Positions 34,724 through 44,551 of a stretch of 64,000 bases of DNA are shown here, piece by piece (positions within the stretch are counted from its first letter, which is position 1; each line of letters starts with the position of its first letter). The notes below the pieces were generated by a model that was not told the DNA's origin, did not search any database, and saw nothing but the letters and a program-made list of their open reading frames with translations. The DNA comes from Verrucomicrobiia bacterium (GTDB lineage: Bacteria; Omnitrophota; Omnitrophia; Omnitrophales; Aquincolibacteriaceae), in assembly GCA_035495615.1 (NCBI GenBank), contig DATJFP010000092.1, forward strand, positions 6,914 through 70,913, written 5' to 3'. A program made the translations under genes and the position numbers.

Positions 34724-36077
34724 ATTCCCTCACCGCCGTGATGCGGACGGGATGAAATTCTCCCGGCCGGAGGGTTCTGGAAGATTTCAACAAAACGTTG
34801 CCATCGACTTCGGGAGCGTCCATGTAGGAACGGGCCACCCAGATCTCGGGGTCTTTTTCGTCCTGCCCTTCGATCATGACCTGGAACGTCTTTCCCAGAT
34901 GCGCCTTGTTCTGCGCAAGCGACACCTTCTGCTGGACAAGCATGGCCTGCTCGAGGCGTTTTTCTTTCACCTTTTCAGGGATCTGCCCTTCCAGTTGAGC
35001 TGCGGGAGATCCCTCTTCCTGCGAATACGTAAAAATCCCCAGCCGGTCGAAGCGCGTCTCTTCGATGAATTCGAGAAGCTCCTGAAAATCACGCTCGGTC
35101 TCTCCGGGAAAACCCACGATGAACGTCGTGCGGATCGCGACGTCCGGCACGATTTCACGGAAGCGGCGGATCAGGTCGATCGTACGGCGCTTGGTGATGC
35201 CGCGCTTCATGGCCAGCAGCATCGGATCACTCGCATGCTGAAGAGGCATGTCGAGGTAGTGGCAGACTTTTTTGGACTGCGCCATGGCTTCCATCAACTC
35301 CTCGGTGACGCAGGACGGATAAGCGTAAAGGACGCGGAGCCATTCGATGCCGTCCACCTTGTCAAGCTGGCGCAAGAGTTCGGGAAGGAGAAATTTTCCC
35401 GTGGTGTCGCGCCCGAAAAAGGTCGTGTCCTGTCCGGTTAAAATGATTTCTTTGGCGCCCTGCGCGGCGAGATCCTCGGCTTCGCGCACCACATCGTCCA
35501 GCGTGCGCGAGCGGTGCTTGCCGCGAAAAGACGGGATCGTGCAGAAGGTGCAGACATGATCGCAGCCTTCGGAAATTTTAAGATACCGGTAATGCGTCGG
35601 CGTCAGGGCCACGCGGCGCTCACGGGCCGTGGAAAGATAGCCGGGCTTACCCAGCGACACCACATGGTCGCCTCCCATCACCTTCCCGACGATGTCCTGG
35701 ATTTTGGCGTACTCCCCGGAGCCAATGAAAGCGTCCACCTCTTTCAATTCCTTCTGCAGCTCCTTGGGAAAACGCTGGACCAGGCATCCCATGACCACGA
35801 CGGCCTGAATTTTCTTTTCCTTCTTGAGCTCCAGAAGCTCCAGGATCCGGTTCACGGATTCTTCCTGGGCGTCTTGGATAAAAGCGCAGGTATTCAGAAG
35901 GGCCACGTCGCAGTCTGTGACCGAAGGCACGAGCTCATAGGAAGGCCCGCCGAGCTTTCCGAGGATGACCTCGCTGTCGACCAGGGTCTTGGGGCACCCG
36001 AGGGACAGCATACCGACCCGGACCGGGCGGTCTTTCGAAACAGGAAGCGATGAAGTTTTGGTTTTGGTGGTTGCCAT
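34701..36077 (-). CDS. rimO: ribosomal protein S12 methylthiotransferase (radical SAM MTTase)
   Basis: MTTase N-domain (SLGCPKTLVDSE), radical-SAM CxxxCxxC (CDHVCTFC) and a TRAM domain at the C-terminus. Confidence 0.9.
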   Translation of the reverse strand: MATTKTKTSSLPVSKDRPVRVGMLSLGCPKTLVDSEVILGKLGGPSYELVPSVTDCDVALLNTCAFIQDAQEESVNRILELLELKKEKKIQAVVVMGCLVQRFPKELQKELKEVDAFIGSGEYAKIQDIVGKVMGGDHVVSLGKPGYLSTARERRVALTPTHYRYLKISEGCDHVCTFCTIPSFRGKHRSRTLDDVVREAEDLAAQGAKEIILTGQDTTFFGRDTTGKFLLPELLRQLDKVDGIEWLRVLYAYPSCVTEELMEAMAQSKKVCHYLDMPLQHASDPMLLAMKRGITKRRTIDLIRRFREIVPDVAIRTTFIVGFPGETERDFQELLEFIEETRFDRLGIFTYSQEEGSPAAQLEGQIPEKVKEKRLEQAMLVQQKVSLAQNKAHLGKTFQVMIEGQDEKDPEIWVARSYMDAPEVDGNVLLKSSRTLRPGEFHPVRITAVREYDLLGEI

Positions 36078-36173
36078 AGGAACCGGGTATTGTACCTTAC
36101 GGGGAGGAATTATGCAAGTGCTTATAAATGAGATGTTTAGAACATCTGCTCCCGGCTTTTGAGGGGAAATCCG

Positions 36174-37847
36174 CTAGCGGGAGGCGGTTTTGATCATTTC
36201 CTTGGCATGGGACCGGGAAATTTCCGTTTCGCGGCTGCCGCTCATCATCTGGGCCAATTCCTTGACTCTGTCGTCCCCTTCCAGCAGCTCATAGCGCACG
36301 CGCGTCGCGCCCTTGAAGACCGTCTTGATGACTTTGAAATGGCGCTCGGAAAAAGACGCGATCTGAGGCAGGTGCGTGATGAGAAGCACCTGGCGCTCGG
36401 AGGCAATCTCGCGCAGCTTGCGGCCCACGGTCTCGCCCAGGCGTCCGCCGATGTTGGCATCGATTTCGTCGAAAATCAGACAGGGAATATTATCCACCCG
36501 CGCCAAAGCGCGTTTCAAGGCGAGCAGGATCCGCGACGCCTCGCCGCCGGAAGCGACTTTGGCCAGCGGCTTCAATTCATGGCCGGGATTCGGACTCAAA
36601 TAAAATTCGATGTGATCCTTCCCGTGCTCCGCGAGCTCCGTATCAGACAAGCGGCATTCGAATTGGGCCTGCAGGAATGCGAGGTCTTTGAGCTCACGCT
36701 CGACCTGCGTCTTTAAATTTTGGGCCGCGCGCTTGCGGAGCTTGGAAATTTCGGAAGCTTTTTTGTCCAGCTCCGGCAAGAGCTTCGCCATTTCGCCTTG
36801 CAGGTCTTTTTCCACGATCTCGGAATCCACGAGCTCGTCGTATTCTTGTTTTGAAGTTTCGAAAAAGGCCAGGACTTCGGTCAGTGTGCCGCCGTATTTG
36901 CGCTTCAATGTCTCGAGCTGGTCCAGACGCTGCTGGATTTCGTCGAGGCGCCCTTCGTCGAACGACAATTTCTCCTGGTAGTCGCGCACGTCCCGCAGCA
37001 GCTCTTCAAGGCCGGTCTGGACGTTCTCGAGATTTGCGCGCAAAGGCTCCGCGCTTTCGTCGATCTTGATCCAGGACTGGAACTGCCGGAAAGCCTCCAG
37101 CACGCGGGATGAAGCCGAGATGTCTTCTTGATCGAGAGCGCCCAGGATCGCGCCCGTGATATCAAAGAGCTTCTGGGCATGCGACAAACGGATGCGCTCG
37201 GTCTTGAGCTCTTCCTCTTCTTCAGGCCGCGGCGCGATTTTTTCGATCTCGTCGATCTGGTAGCGTAAGAGATCAAGACGCCGCTGCTTGCCCTGGCAGG
37301 CTTCGAGAAGACGTTCGTGGCGCGAGCGAAGGTCTTTGTAGGTCCGAAAAAGCTCGGCATAGGACTTCGTGAGCCCGGTATGCTCGCCCTGCAGGCCAGC
37401 CAGGCGGTCCAAAAGCCCGCGGTGCGCGTCCGGCAGGAAAATCGTCTGCTGGTCGTTCTGGCCGTGGAATTCAATGAGGCGCTGCCCCGCTTCCCGCAAA
37501 AGCGAGAGGTTCACGATCTGCCCGTTCATCAGGCATTTGCTTTTGCCTTCGGGGGAAATTTCGCGCTTCAGGATGAGGCATTCGTCGCCGGCGGCGAAGA
37601 AACCGGCAAATTTTTCATCTGCAGCGAAATCTTTGTCCGCGGAAAAAGCGGCTTCGATCACGCAGGGCTTCCCAGGCAGAAGGAATTCCGTGCGGTCCAT
37701 GCGCTCGCCCAAAGCAAGCCGGAGCGCGTCGAGAAGGATGGATTTACCGGCCCCGGTTTCGCCGGTGAGAACGTTCAGCCCTCCGGTGAATTCCAGGCTC
37801 AATTCGTCGATGAGGGCAAAATTGCGGATGGTCAGTTGAAGGAGCAT
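36174..37847 (-). CDS. recN: DNA repair protein RecN
   Basis: N-terminal Walker A LTGETGAGKS, a long coiled coil and a C-terminal ABC signature. 557 aa. Confidence 0.95.
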   Translation of the reverse strand: MLLQLTIRNFALIDELSLEFTGGLNVLTGETGAGKSILLDALRLALGERMDRTEFLLPGKPCVIEAAFSADKDFAADEKFAGFFAAGDECLILKREISPEGKSKCLMNGQIVNLSLLREAGQRLIEFHGQNDQQTIFLPDAHRGLLDRLAGLQGEHTGLTKSYAELFRTYKDLRSRHERLLEACQGKQRRLDLLRYQIDEIEKIAPRPEEEEELKTERIRLSHAQKLFDITGAILGALDQEDISASSRVLEAFRQFQSWIKIDESAEPLRANLENVQTGLEELLRDVRDYQEKLSFDEGRLDEIQQRLDQLETLKRKYGGTLTEVLAFFETSKQEYDELVDSEIVEKDLQGEMAKLLPELDKKASEISKLRKRAAQNLKTQVERELKDLAFLQAQFECRLSDTELAEHGKDHIEFYLSPNPGHELKPLAKVASGGEASRILLALKRALARVDNIPCLIFDEIDANIGGRLGETVGRKLREIASERQVLLITHLPQIASFSERHFKVIKTVFKGATRVRYELLEGDDRVKELAQMMSGSRETEISRSHAKEMIKTASR

Positions 37848-37907
37848 GCCACTCCCTCCTTAGGTACCGGGGACAAGCCTAAACGCATGTCCCCAGGAAG
37901 ATTCCGC

Positions 37908-38684
37908 CTAAGCCATGGAAAGGCGGTGCTTGAATTCCTGCCAGGGGAAATTATTCCCCGGGCATTCCGTATGCTTTCCTTTCACGTCGCGGTGACGGAT
38001 GACGTGCGAATCGGGAATGCCGTAATAATTCTGAAGCGTCTGGACCAGAAACACGAGTGAATCCAGCATGTGCTCCGGAACGCGGGTCTCCGAAAAATTG
38101 CCCACGAGCGAAATACCGATGCCCTTCTGGTTCATGCCGTCCGCGTTCGCGTGCGCGCCGTCGGACTGCTTCACCCAGCGCGGCCCCACTTCGATCAGGC
38201 CCTGCTGCTTGCCGTCGGTCCCGTTGTCGATCAGAAAGTGATAGCCCAGGCCGTTCCAGAAGCCGCGCTTGTGATGCAGGTCGTTGATCGTCATGGCATT
38301 GCCCGCCTCAGTCGCCGTGTGATGGATCACAATATACTGCCACTTTTTCGAAGGATAAAGAGGAATCACGGGCACCGGGCCCTGCGTGTCCGGAATCACG
38401 AGCACCTGGCCCATCGTGAGCTTGCTATTGCTGGTCAGGTTGTTGGCCCGCATGATGGTATTCATGTCCACGTGATACATTTTGGAGATGCGCCAAAGCG
38501 TTTCAGAAGGGCCGACTTGATGGCGAATGGTCCGCGGCGATGCATACGGAGCCGGCATGGACACCGAAATCGGGCCCGCATAACGCCCGGGGCGCGTGGA
38601 TGGCGTGGACGAGCAGCTTGCAAGAAACACGGTTGCTGCCGCCAGCAGAAGATGGGCCGCAAAGGCCTTAGATTTTAATCGCAT
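37908..38684 (-). CDS. N-acetylmuramoyl-L-alanine amidase (Amidase_2/PGRP) lipoprotein with LysM domain
   Basis: Lipoprotein signal MRLKSKAFAAHLLLAAATVFLASC (start moved to the ATG at 38684). LysM segment VGPSETLWRISKMYHVDMNTIMRANNL. Amidase_2 core QYIVIHHTAT...GYHFLID...HVIRHRD...ECPG. Confidence 0.85.
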   Translation of the reverse strand: MRLKSKAFAAHLLLAAATVFLASCSSTPSTRPGRYAGPISVSMPAPYASPRTIRHQVGPSETLWRISKMYHVDMNTIMRANNLTSNSKLTMGQVLVIPDTQGPVPVIPLYPSKKWQYIVIHHTATEAGNAMTINDLHHKRGFWNGLGYHFLIDNGTDGKQQGLIEVGPRWVKQSDGAHANADGMNQKGIGISLVGNFSETRVPEHMLDSLVFLVQTLQNYYGIPDSHVIRHRDVKGKHTECPGNNFPWQEFKHRLSMA

Positions 38685-38764
38685 AGTAAGACTATCAAGC
38701 CATTCTAATGGGTTGGATGGTGAAATTTCGGCAATACCCCGTGTTTTCTTGACGCAAAAGGTCC

Positions 38765-41632
38765 TCAAGAAGCCGGGTTTTTCTGCTTCAGGTAACGAAC
38801 GAGCTGCTTTTCGAAGGCTTTGAGGCCGCCTTCCAGGTCCCGGCCCAGATCCACGGTCATGGCCGGAAGCCCGCGGTCGGAAAGCGCCTGCGAGTCCCCC
38901 GTGGCCTGCGCCTTCTTCAGGTCGGAAAAGCTGAATTTCACGTGCGGGATCTTGGCATCGCGCGGATCCTGGAGCGTGAAAAACAGAAAGTTTCCCGTTT
39001 CCGGGCCGCCCTTGAAAAGCTGTCCGATGGAGTGAAGGTAGCGCGGACCGAAGCCCACGGTCACCGGCACTTTGAAGGCGTCGCGCAGCACGGCCTGGAT
39101 CCTCTCGAAATACGCCGTGGTCTTGGGCGAACGCATAACATAAGGAAGCAGCGCGAGGTAACGCCCCTCTTCCAGGCTGCGGAAAAAATCGTCGAAATCA
39201 ATGGGCTTGCGCGCCTTGACGAGATTTTCCGGGTCCACGATTTCCCCGTCCCGTTCCGATTCGGTTAAAAGACGCGTGGTAATGTCCTTGCTCTCTTTGA
39301 CGTTGGGCTCGTCAAAAGGGTTGACGCCCATCACCGCACTTGCAACGGCCGTGCTGATCTCCCACCGAAGAAATTCAGCGCCTAGAGACGTGCGGTCCGG
39401 CCAATCCATTTCAAGGACAGGGAAGCCGGCTTTTTTGAGTTCTTTGACCTGCGCGGCCAGGCGCTTGTTTTTTTCGCCGGCCAGTTTCAAGATAAGAAAC
39501 GAACGGTCCTTGCCGTAGACGTCTGTCTTGCCCGGGCGTTCGCCGTCGACGGGCAAAATCCCCTGGCCTTCCTTGCCCGTGCTTTCGGCCACCAGCTGTT
39601 CGAGCCAGGCGCCAAACGGCTTGAGCCGCGGTGAAGTCCATACCGTCAGCTTGCCCCGGCCTTCACGCGCCAGCGTTCCCAAAAGCGCCCCCAGATAAAA
39701 GGAAGCGTTCTTTCTCAGGTCTTTTTCGGATTCCGCGGACGCAAACAGCGTCTTCGCCTGTTTCAGCAGCTGCCGCACGGAAATCCCGAGAAGCGCGGCG
39801 GGCACGAGGCCGAAAAACGAAAGCGCGGAATAACGGCCGCCCACGTCCGTAGGATTGATGAACACCTTGCGGAAGCGCTTGTCGTAACCTTCCTGCTCGA
39901 GCCGCGACCCTTCGTCCGTGATGGCGATGAACTGATTTCCCGACAGCGAAAGCTTGTCCGGGTTCCCCGCGTACTGCTTGAGGACCTTCTCGTGAAAGTA
40001 CTGGTACTGCGACATGGTTTCCACCGTGGATCCGGATTTACTGGCCACGATGAAAAGCGTCTTCTGCAATTTCACTTTCCGCTCCACGGCCAGGAGGGCG
40101 CCGGGATCGGTGGTGTCGAGCACATGGAAGCGCATTTTCTTACCCCGGCCCAGACGCGGCACGATCAGACTCATGACTTCAGGCGCCAGGCTCGAGCCGC
40201 CCATGCCCAAAAGCACGAGGTCGTGATAATGTTCATTCCACACGTCGTCGGAAAGCTCGTCGAGTTCATAAAGGCGTCCCAGCATCCAGTCCGCGATGCG
40301 CAGCCATCCCATGCGGTTGTTGATCACCTGCTGGTGTTCTTTTTCGGTTTTCCACAGGGACGGGTCGGCTTTGAAGAAACGTTCCCGGAACGATTCCTTT
40401 TCCATGCGTTCGACCGGCACCTTGCGCGTCACGATTTCCGAAACCGTGGCCTTGAGGCGCGCCAGCGTCGTTTTCCCGCGAAAATGCTCGCAGGCCAGCT
40501 CCAGCGTTTTCATGAGCGAATCAAACGAGTTTTCGAACGCGATGAGGCCGTCGTGCTGCAGTTTCTGCCCGACCTCGTTGAGGTCCAGCCCCCATTCCTT
40601 GAGACGGTCCACGACTGCGGCGGCCTCTTCCACGTTTTCTTCGACGGCGCCGATCTTCACCTGGCCGTGATCGAGAAAAGCGGTGAACGTGGGCTCCGGC
40701 ATGGTGTTGACGGTTTCTTCCCCGATAAGCGGTTCCACGTAAAGCAGGTCCGGATATTTGGGATTTTTCACGCTCGTGCTGCCCCACAGGACTTTTTGCA
40801 CGTTGGCGCCGTTGGCCTTCAAGGTCTGGAAGCGTCCGCCCGCAAGCACCTTGCGGAATTCCTGGTAGATAATCTTGGAATTGGCGACGGCCGCCTTGCC
40901 CTTCAGGGATTCGAGATCCGCGCGTTCGTCCGCGTCGGATTCGCGCTCCTGGAGCTGGGCCAGGCGCACGTCGAGCAGCGAATCATAGCGGCTGACGAAA
41001 ACGCTGGCGACGGAATGAACCTTGGAAAGATCGGCTCCCTTGCGCAGGCGCTCTTCGAGGCCTTCCAGGTAAGCATTCAGGACGGAAAGATAATGCTCGA
41101 GAGAAAAGATCAGCGTCACGTTGACGTTGATGCCGCGGGCCGTAAGCTCGCGGAAGGCTGCGACGCCGGCGGTCGTCGCCGGGACCTTGATCATAACGTT
41201 CGGCCGGGCCACCCTGCCGAAAAGCCGGACGGCGTCTTCGACCGTGCGCTTTTCATCATGCGCGAGATCGGGACGGACTTCGAGGCTGACATAGCCGTGC
41301 TCGCCTTCAGACTCGGTGTGCACGCCCTTGAAAAGGTCGCAGGCCTCCTGGATGTCTTCGATCGTCAGCGCGTCGTAGATCTCGAGCGTGGACTGGCCTT
41401 TGCGGCTCAGGCGCTTGACGTCTTTGTCGTAACCGGCGCCCGGCGTGCCGATGGCCTTTTCGAAAATGCTGGGATTGGAGGTCACCCCGAGAAGCCCTGC
41501 GTCTTCGATCAGGGACTTCAGTTTTCCGGACGAAAGGAGCTGGCGGCTGATGAAATCAAGCCAGGGGCTCTGCCCTGCACGGGCGAGCTCGAAGGTCGAG
41601 GCATTGCCGGACGATGCGTTCGTAGTCTTCAT
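38765..41632 (-). CDS. bifunctional transaldolase / glucose-6-phosphate isomerase fusion
   Basis: N-terminal transaldolase segment (SPWLDFISR...GVTSNPSIFEKA) and C-terminal PGI segment (GGRYSALSFFGLVPAALLG, GSTVETMSQYQYF). The start was moved to the ATG at 41632, which is preceded by GGAGGA. Confidence 0.9.
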   Translation of the reverse strand: MKTTNASSGNASTFELARAGQSPWLDFISRQLLSSGKLKSLIEDAGLLGVTSNPSIFEKAIGTPGAGYDKDVKRLSRKGQSTLEIYDALTIEDIQEACDLFKGVHTESEGEHGYVSLEVRPDLAHDEKRTVEDAVRLFGRVARPNVMIKVPATTAGVAAFRELTARGINVNVTLIFSLEHYLSVLNAYLEGLEERLRKGADLSKVHSVASVFVSRYDSLLDVRLAQLQERESDADERADLESLKGKAAVANSKIIYQEFRKVLAGGRFQTLKANGANVQKVLWGSTSVKNPKYPDLLYVEPLIGEETVNTMPEPTFTAFLDHGQVKIGAVEENVEEAAAVVDRLKEWGLDLNEVGQKLQHDGLIAFENSFDSLMKTLELACEHFRGKTTLARLKATVSEIVTRKVPVERMEKESFRERFFKADPSLWKTEKEHQQVINNRMGWLRIADWMLGRLYELDELSDDVWNEHYHDLVLLGMGGSSLAPEVMSLIVPRLGRGKKMRFHVLDTTDPGALLAVERKVKLQKTLFIVASKSGSTVETMSQYQYFHEKVLKQYAGNPDKLSLSGNQFIAITDEGSRLEQEGYDKRFRKVFINPTDVGGRYSALSFFGLVPAALLGISVRQLLKQAKTLFASAESEKDLRKNASFYLGALLGTLAREGRGKLTVWTSPRLKPFGAWLEQLVAESTGKEGQGILPVDGERPGKTDVYGKDRSFLILKLAGEKNKRLAAQVKELKKAGFPVLEMDWPDRTSLGAEFLRWEISTAVASAVMGVNPFDEPNVKESKDITTRLLTESERDGEIVDPENLVKARKPIDFDDFFRSLEEGRYLALLPYVMRSPKTTAYFERIQAVLRDAFKVPVTVGFGPRYLHSIGQLFKGGPETGNFLFFTLQDPRDAKIPHVKFSFSDLKKAQATGDSQALSDRGLPAMTVDLGRDLEGGLKAFEKQLVRYLKQKNPAS

Positions 41633-41788
41633 TCCTAGAAAATCCTCCAACTTGGACTTTAACGATGATGGATGTGGCCGGGGATAAACCGGCGGAATAA
41701 CTGCCGGAATAATGCCATAAAATACCAAAAAAGGCGGGGAAATACCATCACAAGGTTAGAAAAAAAGGAAAAAAGGTGTGAATGAAAA

Positions 41789-42844
41789 TCAGGCCGCGGT
41801 TTTACGCGCGGAATGCAGCGGGCTTTTGGAAATGGGCAGCGTGAAAAAGAAACTGCTCCCTTTGCCGAGCCCTTCGCTGAAAATGCCCACGGTGCCGCCC
41901 TGCGCTTCCACGAGCTGCTTGACGATCGTCAGGCCCAGGCCGCTGCCCGAATATTTCTTGCCGTGATTGTGCTGGGCGCGGAAGAATTCCTGGAACACAT
42001 GGCCCTGGTCTTCGGGAGCAATCCCGATCCCGGTGTCGTCGATCTTGACCTTGACCTGCTGCGCGGCCTGGTCATAAGCGGCGGAAAGCACGATCGTGCC
42101 GCCCGGATCGGTATATTTAATGGAATTATTGACGAGATTGACGATTACCTGGGTCACGCGCTCCAAATCGCCCACGACATCAGGAAGCACGTCCGGAATC
42201 TCGTCCCGCAGTTCGATCTTCTGCTGCTCGCACACGATCTGATGGTCGTCGATGCAGGCTTTCAATACCGGAACCAGGTCGAAGACGTCCTTGCGGCATT
42301 CGATCTTCCCCCGCCGGATGCGGGAAAGATCAAGCAGTTCATCGATGATCCGGTTCAGCCTCTGTCCCTGCATGAGGATCTTCCGGACGCGCCGTTTCTG
42401 CTCGTCATTGAGCGGCCCAAGCTTCTCGCGGACCAGGATTTCGCCGAAGCCGTTAATCACCGACAGCGGCGTGCGCAGCTCGTGGGACGCGACAGAAAGG
42501 AACTCTTCCTTTAATTTGTCGAAGCGGTCTTTGGAGGCCTCGATGTCGGCCAGGCTGAACCCGAAATTCTTTTTCGTTCCCGCCAGCAGGAAGATCATGG
42601 CCGGCACCGCGCTCATGACAAGGCAGAGCGTCTCCGACCACGGCTCCTTCCATTCCGGGGCGAGAAGTGCCTGGGCGAAAAAAATCAGCGTGATGACGCC
42701 GAAAAGCAGGACGATTGAAATTGAAAACATGCTGCGCAGCCCGGCGGGCAGAAGCATGTTCTTGAACACGAAAAAGAAAATGAGGAGATAGGCGCTGCCG
42801 ACGAGGAGATTGCCGTAAACGTGGATGACCGCCGAGGGGGGCAT
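41789..42844 (-). CDS. membrane sensor histidine kinase (HisKA + HATPase_c)
   Basis: Three or four N-terminal TM helices, an H-box SHELRTPLSVINGFGEIL, and N/G1/G2 boxes (DDTGIGIAPEDQ...GSGLGLTIV). Confidence 0.85.
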   Translation of the reverse strand: MPPSAVIHVYGNLLVGSAYLLIFFFVFKNMLLPAGLRSMFSISIVLLFGVITLIFFAQALLAPEWKEPWSETLCLVMSAVPAMIFLLAGTKKNFGFSLADIEASKDRFDKLKEEFLSVASHELRTPLSVINGFGEILVREKLGPLNDEQKRRVRKILMQGQRLNRIIDELLDLSRIRRGKIECRKDVFDLVPVLKACIDDHQIVCEQQKIELRDEIPDVLPDVVGDLERVTQVIVNLVNNSIKYTDPGGTIVLSAAYDQAAQQVKVKIDDTGIGIAPEDQGHVFQEFFRAQHNHGKKYSGSGLGLTIVKQLVEAQGGTVGIFSEGLGKGSSFFFTLPISKSPLHSARKTAA

Positions 42845-42902
42845 GGGGCTAAGGCCTCTTCTGCGACTTACGAGTTTGGATCATTCCTTCCGGTCCTTTG
42901 AT

Positions 42903-43517
42903 TTAAGCGCTTTTCGCGCCCGAGGTGCCGTTCTTCCCGCCGCGGTAATATTCGATTTTTTCCAGAAGCTTGTCCAGGGTGAACGGCTTGTGGATGACGT
43001 CGTTGGCCCCGGATTCTTTCATCTTGGCCTGCTCGCCTTCGCCTTTCAGTCCCGTGACCGCGACGATGATGACTTCTTTGAAGCGGGGGTCTTCGCGCAC
43101 GAACCGGCAGAACTCGAAACCGTCCAGCTCCGGCATGCGGAAATCCAGAAGCACCATATCGGGCCTCTCTTCGACCAGCTTCGCGCCGGCCGTGAATCCG
43201 TTGTTGACCGTAATCAGCTTGAGGCCCTGGATGCCGGAGAACATGTCCTGCAGGAGTTCCAGGACGTCCGTTTCATCGTCCACGGCGAGGATGACGTAAT
43301 CTTTCCTTTTTTCCAGCTCTTCTTCGCCCTGCCAGGGAAGATTGTAGGCCTGCGCGAAATGAACGAGCTCGTCATGCGCGATGCGGCGGTGCCCGCCGAC
43401 GGTCGTGAAACAGCTGAACTTCCCGCCTTCGATCCACCGGATCACGGTGATCGGCGTGACCCCCAGAAGCCTGGCCACTTCGTGCGTCGTATAGAGCTTT
43501 TTGGTTCCCTGTTCCAT
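42903..43517 (-). CDS. response regulator with inverted architecture: N-terminal excisionase/MerR-type HTH_17, C-terminal receiver domain
   Basis: N-terminus LYTTHEVARLLGVTPITVIRWIEGGKF. C-terminal REC domain with the acidic pair ILAVDDETD, phospho-acceptor LLDFRMPELDG, AVTGL and HKPF. Confidence 0.8.
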   Translation of the reverse strand: MEQGTKKLYTTHEVARLLGVTPITVIRWIEGGKFSCFTTVGGHRRIAHDELVHFAQAYNLPWQGEEELEKRKDYVILAVDDETDVLELLQDMFSGIQGLKLITVNNGFTAGAKLVEERPDMVLLDFRMPELDGFEFCRFVREDPRFKEVIIVAVTGLKGEGEQAKMKESGANDVIHKPFTLDKLLEKIEYYRGGKNGTSGAKSA

Positions 43518-43836
43518 GTCATCCCCCTCGGGTCTTGGACTATGAAGATAAAGACATGATAACTATGTAGGTTTTGTTATTCTGAGTAAAGTATAGCCAC
43601 CGGGTTTCCGTAATTCAAATTCTGAGGCGAAGAATATTTAGCCCTAAGCGCATTGCTTAAATGGAGTTACAAATAATAAGCCCACAATTTTAAGAGAGGT
43701 TTTCGAAGCAGGTCCGCGGGTTTGAGGAGCGGCGGCGTCTTTATGATAGAATTATCCGGGACGCTCCTGGACATGGGGACGTTTAAAATTTGCTATGGAA
43801 TTCGCGTTCCTTGCCGTAAATTAGCCCTGATATCTT
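43518..43836. promoter_or_regulatory. AT-rich divergent intergenic region between the response-regulator gene and the lipoprotein gene; contains an ACTATG direct repeat
   Basis: 319-bp non-coding region. It contains GGACTATGAAG and ATAACTATGTAGG (43547-43579), a motif related to the one upstream of the HTH gene at 10378-10408. Confidence 0.35.
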
Positions 43837-44439
43837 ATGAAGAAAGCCATTCTTATTTCCTTATGCGTGCTGGCCGCCGGCCTTCCCCTTACCGGCTGCC
43901 GCAAAAAACCTCTCCAAGAGCAGCCTCCTGCCAAGCAGGAAGCCGCGACTCTCAAGCTATTAAAGAAGGCCGGCCTCGAGGTCTATCCGAAGAGCGAGAT
44001 CCTGGATCAGTCGCTGAAGAATCAGGAAACCGAAAAGCTCTATGGAGCGAACCCGGAGGCGAAAAGCGAAGTGACCGTAGCGCGGGTGTGGGCGGCGGTG
44101 GATGCGCCGGTCGAAGAAGTGCGGGCCTACTACGCGAAAACTCATCCCTATGTCCTGCGCGACGAGCATAAGACCGACGGCACCGAATTCATCCAGCTCT
44201 CTTCCGTGGAAAAGATCGCCTCAGCCATCACCGAAGGTGTGACCCCGATTACGCTGGTGGACATCCGCAAGAACAAACTGACCGCCGACGAACGCACGGG
44301 CTACGAAGGCGAGCTGAAGGCCTTGCAGGAAAAAAAGGGCCCGGATCTCGTCGACGAAAACAGGATCAAGGAACTGCAGCGGCTCCTTGCGGAAAAAACC
44401 ATCGTCAAGCTGAGCCTCCGCGCGGAAAAACCCTCCTAA
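43837..44439 (+). CDS. hypothetical lipoprotein (only plus-strand gene in window)
   Basis: Signal peptide and lipobox LISLCVLAAGLPLTGC. 200 aa. Followed by a strong terminator. Confidence 0.55.
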   Translation: MKKAILISLCVLAAGLPLTGCRKKPLQEQPPAKQEAATLKLLKKAGLEVYPKSEILDQSLKNQETEKLYGANPEAKSEVTVARVWAAVDAPVEEVRAYYAKTHPYVLRDEHKTDGTEFIQLSSVEKIASAITEGVTPITLVDIRKNKLTADERTGYEGELKALQEKKGPDLVDENRIKELQRLLAEKTIVKLSLRAEKPS

Positions 44440-44446
44440 AGGAAAC

Positions 44447-44523
44447 GGGGACACACCTGAAGGTATGTCCCCGTATCAAAAAAAACGTTTGGGGACAGGT
44501 CTTTAGACCTGTCCCCTTTTTTG
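44447..44523. terminator. bidirectional rho-independent terminator shared by lipoprotein gene (+) and giant gene (-)
   Basis: Two GC-rich hairpins: GGGGACACACC...GGTATGTCCCC (44447-44472) and GGGGACAGGTC-tttaga-CCTGTCCCC (44491-44516). The second is followed by T6 on the plus strand and by a T8 run on the minus strand after a 4-nt gap. Confidence 0.75.
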
Positions 44524-44551
44524 TGCGCCGCAATGGCGGATGCTGAAGGAA

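Noticed and set aside
41633-41788. Hairpin CCGGCGG-aataa-CTGCCGG as terminator after the histidine kinase
   Set aside because: Imperfect stem and no clear U-tract on the minus strand. Too weak to call.
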